The notes under the pieces are model-generated. The model searched no databases. It saw nothing but the letters and a program-made list of their open reading frames with translations, and was not told where the DNA came from. A stretch of DNA of 64,000 nucleotides, taken from the NCBI GenBank assembly GCA_943372515.1, contig CALRYY010000012.1:1074-65073 (forward strand), read 5' to 3'. Positions 52,972-61,919 of this stretch are shown piece after piece. Every line of letters begins with the position of its first letter. Within the stretch, counting starts at the first letter, position 1. This DNA comes from Ramlibacter sp. 2FC (GTDB lineage: Bacteria > Pseudomonadota > Gammaproteobacteria > Burkholderiales > Burkholderiaceae_C). The position numbers and the translations under genes were made by a program.

Positions 52972-53610
52972 ATGTACACCAAATTCCTTCCCCATCCCGG
53001 CCACTCCGGTTTTGGCGTCCTGTCGTCGCTGGGTCTTGCCCTGCTGCGCTTTCCGGTCCGCGGCGTACCCAGCGCGCAGACGCCGGCACCAGCGTTGGGC
53101 CGCCACACGGTCAGGGACGCCGCGCGGCAGCTGAGCGTACAACCCCATTCACCTGCCGTCCTGTGCGACATCAACCAGGTGCTGCGCCGCATGGTGCGCA
53201 TCGCGCGTACCCTGGTGCCGGCCGGCGTACGCATTGCCGAGCGCTATGCGCCGGTTGAGCAGCCTGGTGTCGAGCTGCCGGAGTTCCACCAGGTGGTGCT
53301 GCACCTGATTCTGGACGCCGCGCAGGCGGTCCATGGGTGCGGCACGATCGATGTCGCTTCCAGATGCGTCGATGGCGAAATCTGCGTTTCCATCAGCGAC
53401 ACCCGGGCAAGCCCCAAGTCCGGCTGGGGGCTGATGACCCCGCTGCTGGGCGGGGGGCGCAACGATCATGATGAATGCACCAGCCTGGGTCTGCTGATGG
53501 CCGGAGACTTTGCCGAAGAGCATGGCGGGCGTGTCAGCATCTCCCGGCTGGCCGATGGCGGAAATTCTGTCACCCTTGCATTCCCGTTGACGGTGCAGGC
53601 CCTGGCCTGA
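52972..53610 (+). CDS. minimal histidine-kinase-like protein (HATPase_c fold) with degenerate N, G1 and F boxes
   Basis: aa 63-205 align by eye to kinase CA domains: QVVLHLILDAAQA (N box with both Asn replaced), ISDTRAS (G1 without Gly), CTSLGLL (G2), EEHGGRVSISRLADGGNSVTLAFPL. There is no sensor or TM region. Confidence 0.6.
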   Translation: MYTKFLPHPGHSGFGVLSSLGLALLRFPVRGVPSAQTPAPALGRHTVRDAARQLSVQPHSPAVLCDINQVLRRMVRIARTLVPAGVRIAERYAPVEQPGVELPEFHQVVLHLILDAAQAVHGCGTIDVASRCVDGEICVSISDTRASPKSGWGLMTPLLGGGRNDHDECTSLGLLMAGDFAEEHGGRVSISRLADGGNSVTLAFPLTVQALA

Positions 53611-53675
53611 TACCCCGGCTGCCAGCCAGGGGAGGCGTTGGCGCCGCCTGCGCGCGCGGCCGGGCGCTGATTTTC

Positions 53676-56600
53676 ATGAAACATACCGTGACGCTTCACG
53701 TGCTGGGCCGTGTGCGCCTGCACGCCGGCCCGCAGGGCGCCGACAGCGTGGCATTGCCAGCGAAATCGCTTGCGATGGTGCTGTACATCGCCATGGAGCG
53801 AAAGCACATACGCCGCGAAGTGCTGGCAGACATGTTCTGGGGCGACACGGGTGACGACGGGGCCCGCGCCAACCTGCGCCTGGCGCTGTCCAAACTCAGG
53901 CAGCGGCTGCCTGGTGTCATTCATGCCGACGCTGAAACCGTTGGTCTGGACCCGCAGGCTGTCGTCGAAGTGGACGCCCTGTCGCTGCTGCGCGCGGCGG
54001 AAACGGCAGCACAGCAAAGCGCCTCGGTGCTGGGCAGCGCCATTGGCCGCTACTGCGGCCCCTTCCTGCGTGACTTCCAGTTGCGCGACTGCGCGGCGTT
54101 TGACGACTGGGCCGGCTTGCAGCGCCAGCGCATTGACCGCAGCGCGGTGGTGATCCTGCGTGAGCTCGTCCGCCTGGAGCAGCAGGCGCGGCACCTGCAC
54201 AACGAGTTGCAGTACCTGGAGCTGTGGGCGCAGATCGAACCCTGGAACGAAGAGCCGCACATGTCGTTGCTGCGGCTGCTGGCGCGCGTAGGTTCCACTG
54301 CGGCGGCGCTGGACCGCTATGAATCCTGCCGGCTCGCACTGGCCGAGCACCTGGGCAGCAAGCCGTCAGCGGCGCTGGTCGCGCTGGCAGACGACATCCG
54401 CCGCGGCAACGTGTCGCCGGTGGTATCGCCGCCTGCCCTGCGGTCACGGGTGAGCACCGCCGAGTTGCTCCCCCTGCTGGGGCGCGCTGGCGACATGCGC
54501 CGCATCCGCCAGCACCTGGATCGTGGCGAGCGCCTGGTGACCCTGCTGGGTCCTGCGGGTGTGGGCAAGAGCCGGCTGGCCAGAGCGTTGATGGACGACA
54601 TTGCCGTGGGCTACCCCGATGGTTGCGTGATCTGCAGTTTCGATTTCATCGGGCGCGAGGCGGGTGCCGAATCGGTACGCGACCACGTGGTGGCTGCTCT
54701 GGGTTCCGCGCTGGGCCTGGACTTCAGCCAGACCGTCCAGCCCATGGCCATGCTGCGGAAATTTCTGGGAACGCGTCGCGTCGCCTTGGTGCTGGACGGG
54801 TTCGAGACCTGCATTCCGGCGGCGCCTGTCGTCGCAGATATCCTGCAAGCCGCCCCGAACTGCGTGGTGATCGTGACATCGCGGGTGCGCCTGGGCATCG
54901 CGTACGAATGGCTGTACGAATTGCGCGGCCTGGCGGCCGGTGATAGCAGCGCCGACCCGGGGGCGGCGCTTGCATTGCTGCGCGCCTGCGCCCGGCGCGT
55001 AGGCGTGGCCATTGACGAGGTGCATGAATACGAAGCGCTCAAGCGGCTGGTGCACCTGCTGGACGGCTCGCCGCTGGCCATCCAGTTTGCGGCGCAATCA
55101 TTGCGCACATTGACCGCGTCCCAGCTGGTCCAGCGGCTTGAGCAGGGCACCTGGCTTGATTCCAGCCTGCACGTGCCTGAATACCGACATCGCACCATGC
55201 AGGACGTGATGGACGACATGTGGGAGCAGCTGGACCCGTCCGGCCAGGAGGCATGGGCCCGATGCGCCCTGTTTCGTGGAACCTTCCCGCGTGAATGGGT
55301 GCCTGACTGCGCGGGCGTGAGCGACGACAGCCTGTCAGTGCTGGTGGAGCGCAGCGTGGTCGCGCGCGAGGCGTTCGGGCGCTGCCGTATGCATGAGCTG
55401 ACCCGCCAGTACGGGCTGGCCATGCTGGACGAGCTGCCCCAGGCGCAGGCGCACCGCCGTCAATTTGCCCAGGGTGTGCTGGCGCGGCTGCTGGTGCTGG
55501 CGCCACGCCTGGTACGTGAAGAAGCAGCATTGCTGGACGAAGTGAAAGCCGACATCAGCACCCTGGCAGCGGCCTTTGAGCTGGCGCTGCAGTGGGCGGA
55601 TGCCGATCAGGTGGATGCGCCGCTGGACGCCCTGTGCAGCATCTACCACCGGCTGGGGTGGCATTTTGCGGCGGCGCGGCTGCTGGAGGCGGCGCTTGAG
55701 CGCTACCCGCACGCGCCCGTGGCTTACCGCATTGCATGGCATTGCCGCGCTGGCGCAGTCACGCACAACCAGTATGGCTACCTGCATGACAACGCGCACT
55801 TTCGTGCTGCTGTTGCCCTGGCCGGTGTGGTGCTCCCGCGTGCCGGGGCGCTCGCGTGGGTGCTGGCACTGGGCCATGCGCTGCGCTCGATTTTCAGCCG
55901 GCCTGCGGCCAGCCTGGGGGAGCGCAACGCGCAACGGATGCTGGCCCATGCGATCACACGACTTCTCATGGGCCGCTTCATGGACGGCGCGAGCGCATCC
56001 GAGCTATGGGGCGGACTGGCGCTTGCCTGGGGCGCGGCCCGGCACTCGGCTGCGCCCGATGCGCGGCTGGCAGTCATGCTCAAGGCCCTGGCGTTCCTGA
56101 GCACCACGCGCCAGGGCTTTGTGGCCCGCAGGCTCGTGCGCCATGTGCGGTTGCGCCTGCGTGATGTGCAACCGGTGGAAGAGGCCTTTGCGTTGCAGCA
56201 ACTGGGCAACTCGATGATCGTGCGGGGCCGCTGGGAAGTGGCCGAGGCCTACCTGCAGCGCGCAGCGGCGGCGCTTGCGTCGCTGGGCTATGGCTATGAC
56301 TCGCTGGAGTGCCGGGCCCAGCTGAATGCCGTGCACCTGCACCAGGGTGATTTCACGCGCTTGCTGGAGGAAGTCCGTATCACCGAGGTCGAGGCCCGCA
56401 CGCTGGAGCAGCCGGCCATCCTGCGCTGGTCCCTGATGTTCAAGGTGCAGGCCCTGCTGCGCAGCGGCCTGGGCAGCGTCGGCATGGCGCAAAGCTGCCT
56501 GCACGACATCCACGGTATCGCCGTGCGCCGCACCATGCTGGAAGACATCCGTACCCGCGGCCTTGAGGCCCTGGTGGCCTGCGCGCGGGGTGATCTGAGC

Positions 56601-57062
56601 CAGGTGCTGCTGCTTTCGCAGGAAGTCCTGGACCTGGCCCACTACGTCACCGCAGGGCGGTTCTACACGCTGCTGGCGTTTGCACTGGTGGTGGACGTTC
56701 TGCTGTACGTCGCAGGCCACGCCGACGCCGCGGGCCGCCAGGCACGGGGCCTGGCGCTGCAGGCCGTGCACAAGTACCTGAACTTGTCCGCGCACCTGCC
56801 GCTGCTGGCACCGCGACGCATGTTGTACCGGGGCTGGGCCGACTTGCTGCAGGGCCGGACCACGCTGGCCCTGCGTGCCTGGCAGCGCGGGCTGGATGCG
56901 TGCACCCGGTTTCCCTCGCCGTACGACGCAGCCCGGCTGCATCTGCTGGCGTCGCAGCACTGCACGGGCGAGCAGGCGGCGGTACATGCCCGCGAAGCCG
57001 CGCGCCTGTTCCTGGCTTGCGGTATGGCGGGGCCGTCGTACCCGATGATGCCTGGCGGCTGA
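53676..57062 (+). CDS. SARP/BTAD winged-helix - P-loop STAND NTPase - helical-repeat (TPR-like) protein
   Basis: aa 1-245 are OmpR-type wHTH plus BTAD (LHVLGRVRL..., LRLALSKLRQRL, EPWNEEPHMSLLRLLARVGSTAAALDRYESCRLALAEHLG). Walker A GPAGVGKS is at 54549..54572 and Walker B ALVLDGFE at 54783..54806. About 700 aa of Leu/Ala-rich helical repeats follow. Start trimmed to MKHTVTL (ATG 53676). Confidence 0.8.
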   Translation: MKHTVTLHVLGRVRLHAGPQGADSVALPAKSLAMVLYIAMERKHIRREVLADMFWGDTGDDGARANLRLALSKLRQRLPGVIHADAETVGLDPQAVVEVDALSLLRAAETAAQQSASVLGSAIGRYCGPFLRDFQLRDCAAFDDWAGLQRQRIDRSAVVILRELVRLEQQARHLHNELQYLELWAQIEPWNEEPHMSLLRLLARVGSTAAALDRYESCRLALAEHLGSKPSAALVALADDIRRGNVSPVVSPPALRSRVSTAELLPLLGRAGDMRRIRQHLDRGERLVTLLGPAGVGKSRLARALMDDIAVGYPDGCVICSFDFIGREAGAESVRDHVVAALGSALGLDFSQTVQPMAMLRKFLGTRRVALVLDGFETCIPAAPVVADILQAAPNCVVIVTSRVRLGIAYEWLYELRGLAAGDSSADPGAALALLRACARRVGVAIDEVHEYEALKRLVHLLDGSPLAIQFAAQSLRTLTASQLVQRLEQGTWLDSSLHVPEYRHRTMQDVMDDMWEQLDPSGQEAWARCALFRGTFPREWVPDCAGVSDDSLSVLVERSVVAREAFGRCRMHELTRQYGLAMLDELPQAQAHRRQFAQGVLARLLVLAPRLVREEAALLDEVKADISTLAAAFELALQWADADQVDAPLDALCSIYHRLGWHFAAARLLEAALERYPHAPVAYRIAWHCRAGAVTHNQYGYLHDNAHFRAAVALAGVVLPRAGALAWVLALGHALRSIFSRPAASLGERNAQRMLAHAITRLLMGRFMDGASASELWGGLALAWGAARHSAAPDARLAVMLKALAFLSTTRQGFVARRLVRHVRLRLRDVQPVEEAFALQQLGNSMIVRGRWEVAEAYLQRAAAALASLGYGYDSLECRAQLNAVHLHQGDFTRLLEEVRITEVEARTLEQPAILRWSLMFKVQALLRSGLGSVGMAQSCLHDIHGIAVRRTMLEDIRTRGLEALVACARGDLSQVLLLSQEVLDLAHYVTAGRFYTLLAFALVVDVLLYVAGHADAAGRQARGLALQAVHKYLNLSAHLPLLAPRRMLYRGWADLLQGRTTLALRAWQRGLDACTRFPSPYDAARLHLLASQHCTGEQAAVHAREAARLFLACGMAGPSYPMMPGG

Positions 57063-57063
57063 G

Positions 57064-57441
57064 TCAGCCTGCGTCAAACGCGGCGCGCAGCCACTGCACT
57101 TGCCCGGCGTCAAGCAGCACCACGTCAAAGCGGCAGGGGGGCTCGTGGCCCAGGCGCATGAGGTAGTGGCGCGCCGCAAACACGATGCGCCGCTGCTTGA
57201 AGGCGCTGATGCTGGCGCCCGCGCCGCCGTGTGAGCCGCTCGTGCGCTGGCGCACCTCCACAAACACGACCGTGCCGTCACGCTCGCGCATGATCAGGTC
57301 GATCTCGCCGCCGCCGCGCCCCGGCGTCCGATAATTGCGCGACACCAGCCGCAAGCCCGCGGCCTGCAGGTGCGCCAGTGCGCGGTCTTCGCCCGCGTCG
57401 CCGCGCTCTTTGGTGGTTGGCTGTGCCTTGGGGATATCCAT
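57064..57441 (-). CDS. yraN: YraN family (UPF0102) predicted endonuclease
   Basis: GEDRALAHLQAAGLRLVSRNYR...GEIDLIM...VVFVEVRQR. Start trimmed to MDIPKAQ. Confidence 0.8.
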   Translation of the reverse strand: MDIPKAQPTTKERGDAGEDRALAHLQAAGLRLVSRNYRTPGRGGGEIDLIMRERDGTVVFVEVRQRTSGSHGGAGASISAFKQRRIVFAARHYLMRLGHEPPCRFDVVLLDAGQVQWLRAAFDAG

Positions 57442-58355
57442 TGATCGCTTCTTTTTCTTCCGCCCTGGTGGCCGCGCGCGACGCGGCGGCACAGCAGCAT
57501 TATCCGCAGGGTGCGCTGTACGTCGTGGCCACGCCCATCGGCAACCTGGCTGACATCAGCCTGCGTGCGCTGCATGTGCTGCAGCTGGCCGATGTGGTGG
57601 CCTGCGAGGACACGCGCCACACGCAATCGTTGCTGCGCGCGTACGGCATTGAGCGCACCGGTGCACAGTTGCTTGCGGTGCACCAGCACAACGAATCCGA
57701 AGCCGCGCAGGCGGTCGTACAGCGCCTGCAGCAGGGCCAGCGCATTGCGTACGCCAGCGACGCCGGCACACCTGCTGTCAGCGACCCGGGCGCGCGGCTG
57801 GTGGCCGCGGTGCGCGCAGCCGGCCTGCGCGTGGTGCCGCTGCCCGGCGCCAGCAGCATCACTGCGGCGCTCAGTGCGGCGGGCAGTGTGGCCTCGGACG
57901 GAGGCAGCGGCTTCCTGTTCGCGGGGTTTCTGCCCAGCAAGGCCGGCGAGCGTGATGGCGCCGTGCAGGTTCTGGCGGGCGAGTCGCGCGCCGTGGTGCT
58001 GCTGGAGGCGCCTCACCGAATGGAGGCATTGGCGCGGTCGCTGGCCGTGCTGGGCAGCCGGCCCGTGACGGTGGCGCGCGAGATCACCAAGCAGTTTGAA
58101 GAAATCGCCACGCTGGCTTGTGAAGGCTTGACCGCGTGGCTGGCGGCCGACGCACAGCGCCTGCGCGGTGAATTTGCCGTGGTGCTGCACGCCGTGGCCG
58201 ATGCGCCGCAGGCCGACGACGGCCTGCGCGTGCTGCAACTGCTGCTCAGGGAACTGCCCGTGAAGACGGCGGTGAAGCTGGCCGCCGACATCACAGGCGG
58301 CAGCCGCAATGAACTGTATGAAGCCGCGCTGCGGCTCAAGAACTCAGACCGCTAA
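57441..58355 (+). CDS. rsmI: 16S rRNA (cytidine1402-2'-O)-methyltransferase
   Basis: LYVVATPIGNLADISLRALHVLQLADVVACEDTRHT. Start uncertain (57378, TTG 57441 or GTG 57468). Confidence 0.85.
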   Translation: MIASFSSALVAARDAAAQQHYPQGALYVVATPIGNLADISLRALHVLQLADVVACEDTRHTQSLLRAYGIERTGAQLLAVHQHNESEAAQAVVQRLQQGQRIAYASDAGTPAVSDPGARLVAAVRAAGLRVVPLPGASSITAALSAAGSVASDGGSGFLFAGFLPSKAGERDGAVQVLAGESRAVVLLEAPHRMEALARSLAVLGSRPVTVAREITKQFEEIATLACEGLTAWLAADAQRLRGEFAVVLHAVADAPQADDGLRVLQLLLRELPVKTAVKLAADITGGSRNELYEAALRLKNSDR

Positions 58356-60407
58356 CGGGTCTACGTCAACGGCCCAGCGGATCAGGCCTTTTTCGCGTGT
58401 GGCATGCAGCACCGCATGCCAATGCGTCAGGAAGTGCTGCAGCGCCGCGCGCGATGCGCTTTCCACCAGCATCTGGGCGCGTTCCACATTGGCCACGCGC
58501 TGCACGCTCATGGGCACGGCCGGGTACAGCGTGACATGTTCATGCGCAGGCACATCCAGCGCCGCCGCGCTCGCGGCGTTCAAAAAGGCCTGCGCTGCCT
58601 CCTGCGTGCGCGCCTCGGCCCGCACCAGCGCCTGGAACGAAAACGGCGGCATGCCCGCCTCTTCGCGCTCTTTCAGTTGCTGCGCGGCAAACGCCGGGTA
58701 GTCGTGGCGGCGCAGCGCGCCAAACAAGGGGTGCGTGGGGTGCCAGGTCTGCACCCACATCTCGCTGTTGCCGGCCTGCGCGGCGTCGCGCCCGGCGCGG
58801 CCCGCGGCTTGCATCAGCAGCCCGAACAACCGCTCGGGCGCGCGAAAGTCGCTGGAAAAAAGCGCTGCGTCGGCGTTCACTGCGGCCACCAGCGTGATGC
58901 GGCGAAAGTCATGGCCCTTGGTGATCATCTGCGTGCCCACCAGCACGTCCACCGCGCCTGCATGCACCTGGGCCAGTTGTGATTCGAGCGAGCCTTTGAG
59001 CCGGGTGGTGTCGGCGTCCATGCGGGCAATGCGCACCGGCTCGCCCTGCGCATTGCGCGTGTCGGCCAACAGCTCGGCCAGGTGCTCTTCCAGCCGCTCG
59101 GTACCGCGGCCCAGCGGTGCGATGTCCACATTGCCGCAGGCCGGGCAGGCACGCGGCACGCGCTCGGTGAAGCCGCAGTGGTGGCAGCGCAGCGTGCGGT
59201 CGATCTTGTGGAACACCCGAAAGGCACTGCAGTGCGGGCATTCGCTCTTCCAGTCGCAGGCGTTGCAGGCCAGCACCGGTGCATAGCCGCGCCGGTTCAG
59301 GAACACCAGCGACTGTTCACCGCGCGAAAGCCGCTGGCGGATCGCCTCCAGCAACTGCACCGAGAACACGGTTTTGGGGGGCTGCAGGTTCATGTCCACC
59401 AGCTTCACTGCGGGCAGTCGCCCGTCGCCAATGCGCGAGGGCATGGCCAGGCGCTGGTAGCGGCCTTTTTCGCAGGCCTGCCAGCTCTCAAGCGACGGCG
59501 TGGCCGAACCCAGCAGCACCTTGGCGCCTTCCAGCTTGCCGCGGTAGACGGCCAGGTCGCGGGCGGAATAGCGTGCGCCTTCCTGTTGCTTGTAGCTGGG
59601 GTCGTGTTCCTCGTCCACCACGATCAGGCCCAAAGCAGGCATGGACGCGAATACTGCCATGCGCGTGCCCAGCACAATGCGCGCCGCGCCGGTGTGTGCG
59701 GCCAGCCAGCTCTTCAGGCGCTGGGGGTTTGTCATGCCGCTGTGCAGAGCCACCACCGCGTCTGCGCCAAAGCGCGCGACAAAGCGCGACTCCAGCTGCG
59801 GCGTGAGGTTGATCTCTGGCACCATGACCAGCGCCTGGGCCTGCGGGTTGCTCTGAAGAAGGGCCTGTACAGCCTGCAAATACACCTCGGTCTTGCCGCT
59901 GCCCGTGGCGCCATAGACCAGAAAGGGGCCGGGGTTCGCCGCGATCTGCCCCAGTGCATGGGCCTGCTCGCTGGACAGTGCGACACCTTTGATGACAACT
60001 GACGCTGTCTCGGTCGCCTGTGATGCCACATCGGCCGGTTTGCGGCGCAAACGCCGCGCCAGCTGCAGGGCCGTCAGGCCACGAAGCTGTGGCGGCAGTG
60101 CCGCCAACGCCACTTCGCCGCCACTGCGCTGGTAATAATTCGCGGTGAAAGTAACCAATTGTCTCCATGCCGGAGCCAGCGGCAGGATGCCCTCCAGGGG
60201 CCCCAATATGGGCTTATCTTCCATCTCCAGCCGGCCATCATCGGGTGCGTCGAGGGCATCCCACACCAGCCCCAGCACCTCGCGCCGGCCCAGCGGCACT
60301 CGCACCAGCGTACCTGGCGCGAGTGGCAACTCACTTCGGTAGCTCAGCGGCCCGTGGATCGAACTGTGGGCAGGCGTTGCAACCAGAACGGCCAGGCGAT
60401 GCGACAT
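58344..60407 (-). CDS. priA: primosomal replication-restart helicase PriA
   Basis: Walker A GATGSGKT, DEEHD, and the Cys-rich zinc region (CNACDWKSECPHCS...CHHCG...CPACG). Start trimmed to MSHRLAVL. Confidence 0.9.
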   Translation of the reverse strand: MSHRLAVLVATPAHSSIHGPLSYRSELPLAPGTLVRVPLGRREVLGLVWDALDAPDDGRLEMEDKPILGPLEGILPLAPAWRQLVTFTANYYQRSGGEVALAALPPQLRGLTALQLARRLRRKPADVASQATETASVVIKGVALSSEQAHALGQIAANPGPFLVYGATGSGKTEVYLQAVQALLQSNPQAQALVMVPEINLTPQLESRFVARFGADAVVALHSGMTNPQRLKSWLAAHTGAARIVLGTRMAVFASMPALGLIVVDEEHDPSYKQQEGARYSARDLAVYRGKLEGAKVLLGSATPSLESWQACEKGRYQRLAMPSRIGDGRLPAVKLVDMNLQPPKTVFSVQLLEAIRQRLSRGEQSLVFLNRRGYAPVLACNACDWKSECPHCSAFRVFHKIDRTLRCHHCGFTERVPRACPACGNVDIAPLGRGTERLEEHLAELLADTRNAQGEPVRIARMDADTTRLKGSLESQLAQVHAGAVDVLVGTQMITKGHDFRRITLVAAVNADAALFSSDFRAPERLFGLLMQAAGRAGRDAAQAGNSEMWVQTWHPTHPLFGALRRHDYPAFAAQQLKEREEAGMPPFSFQALVRAEARTQEAAQAFLNAASAAALDVPAHEHVTLYPAVPMSVQRVANVERAQMLVESASRAALQHFLTHWHAVLHATREKGLIRWAVDVDPLAV

Positions 60408-60503
60408 GAAATGGGGTGGGTTGAGAGTTTTTCTTAAGGTCAACTGTCGAAACATGCCTTAAGTCATTGATTCACAAACGATTTGATCTGGATTCAGTGT
60501 TTC

Positions 60504-60512
60504 TGTGGATAA
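60504..60512. promoter_or_regulatory. perfect DnaA-box 9-mer (TGTGGATAA = complement of TTATCCACA) in the priA leader
   Basis: An exact match to the consensus, read directly. It lies 97 nt upstream of the trimmed priA start, inside an AT-rich 379-nt spacer. Confidence 0.35.
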
Positions 60513-60786
60513 CTTTGTTGATATCCTGACGTGACTGGCTCGGAGCCCTTGAAAATCAAGGCTTTGGCTAATTTGCCTCCAAAAAAAGCAAACTGATAAG
60601 CCTATATAAATCAACCACTTGCGTGCGCTATTGGATTCATAGCAAGGTGGGCTGCGAGTACGGATTTTTTGCGCGCCGCAGCACAGCTTTTGTGCATAAG
60701 TCAAGCTCGCTGGCAAAGTTTTTGCTGGGAGCTTGACCTAGGGTACTCCCTGATGACGGGCCTGTCACGGTTCTGTCATGGCCCGT

Positions 60787-61875
60787 TCAGGTTCGCATCT
60801 GGCGCGAATGCGTATGCACGGCTTCGACCAGTGCCGTGACGTGTTCGGGCGGGGTGTGCTGGCTGATGCCATGGCCCAGATTGAAGATGTGGCCCGCCCC
60901 GGCACCGTCGCCCCGGTGCGGCGCGCCAAAGGCGTTCAGCACCTTGCGGGCCTCTGCAGCCACCTGCTCGGGCGCGGCAAACAGCACGTTGGGGTCCAGG
61001 TTGCCCTGCAGGGCATGGGTATCGCCGACCAGTGCGCGCGCCTGCGCCAGGTTCACCGTCCAGTCCAGGCCCAGCACCTCGCAGTCCAGCGCCTGCATCT
61101 GCTTGAGCCACTGGCCGCCGCCTTTGGTGAACACGATGCGAGGGATCTTCACGCCGTCGTGCTCGCGCTTGATCTGTGCCAGCACGCGCGCCGTGTAGGC
61201 CAGGCTGAAGGCCTGGAACGCGCCGTCGGCCAGCACGCCGCCCCAGCTGTCAAAAATCATCACGGCCTGGGCGCCGGCGTCGATCTGCGCGTTCAGGTAG
61301 GCAGCCACGGCGTCAGCATTGATGGCCAGCATGTGGTGCATGAGGTCGGGGCGGCTGTACAGCATGGTCTTGACCAGGCGGTAGTCGTCCGAGCCCGCGC
61401 CTTCGACCATGTAGCACGCCAGCGTCCAGGGGCTGCCTGAAAAGCCGATCAGCGGCACGCGGCCGTTGAGCGCGCGGCGGATCGATGTGACTGCGTCAAA
61501 CACGTACTTGAGCTTGTTGAGGTCAGGCACCTGCAGCGCCTTGACGGCGGCTTCGTCGCGCACGGGGGAGGCGAACTTCGGGCCCTCGCCCAATGCAAAG
61601 CTCAGGCCCAGGCCCATGGCGTCAGGCACGGTCAGGATGTCGCTGAACAGGATGGCCGCGTCCAGCGGGTAGCGCTCAAGCGGCTGCAGCGTGACTTCGG
61701 TCGCGTAATCGGTGTTGGTGGCCAGGCCCATGAAGCTGCCAGCCTGTGCGCGCGTGGCACGGTACTCAGGCAGGTAGCGCCCGGCCTGGCGCATCAACCA
61801 GATGGGGGTGTGGGGGGTGGCAAGGCGCCAGCAGGCGCGCAGGAAGGTGTCGTTTTGAAGGGGTGCGAAGCTCAT
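60787..61875 (-). CDS. hemE: uroporphyrinogen decarboxylase
   Basis: [15 protein letters not shown] and other HemE signatures. 362 aa. Confidence 0.95.
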   Translation of the reverse strand: MSFAPLQNDTFLRACWRLATPHTPIWLMRQAGRYLPEYRATRAQAGSFMGLATNTDYATEVTLQPLERYPLDAAILFSDILTVPDAMGLGLSFALGEGPKFASPVRDEAAVKALQVPDLNKLKYVFDAVTSIRRALNGRVPLIGFSGSPWTLACYMVEGAGSDDYRLVKTMLYSRPDLMHHMLAINADAVAAYLNAQIDAGAQAVMIFDSWGGVLADGAFQAFSLAYTARVLAQIKREHDGVKIPRIVFTKGGGQWLKQMQALDCEVLGLDWTVNLAQARALVGDTHALQGNLDPNVLFAAPEQVAAEARKVLNAFGAPHRGDGAGAGHIFNLGHGISQHTPPEHVTALVEAVHTHSRQMRT

Positions 61876-61919
61876 GTGCTTATTGTGGCAGGCGGATCAG
61901 TGGGACATCAGTGGGGCAT

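Noticed and set aside
51978-53610. The 314-aa ORF and the kinase-like ORF being two halves of one frameshifted sensor kinase
   Set aside because: The two ORFs are in different frames and separated by a stop plus 49 nt carrying a plausible GAAAG ribosome binding site. The first ORF shows no PAS, HAMP or TM sensor features. I cannot fully exclude this without comparison to orthologues.
56004-57281. 425-aa minus-strand ORF overlapping the 3' end of the SARP-NTPase gene and yraN
   Set aside because: It is antisense to the well-supported 1128-aa gene and partly out of frame over yraN. It is Arg/Ala/Gln-rich with no motifs.
60459-60716. 85-aa minus-strand ORF in the AT-rich priA leader
   Set aside because: Its composition and codon pattern are unlike the window's genes. 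No ribosome binding site sits at a proper distance. It overlaps the hairpins and the DnaA box.
60408-60786. Chromosomal replication origin (oriC) next to hemE, as in alphaproteobacteria
   Set aside because: There is only one perfect DnaA box plus one weak relative, a single GATC, and no repeated AT-rich 13-mer unwinding element that I could see. It is more likely a promoter or UTR region. I kept it as a low-to-moderate regulatory finding.
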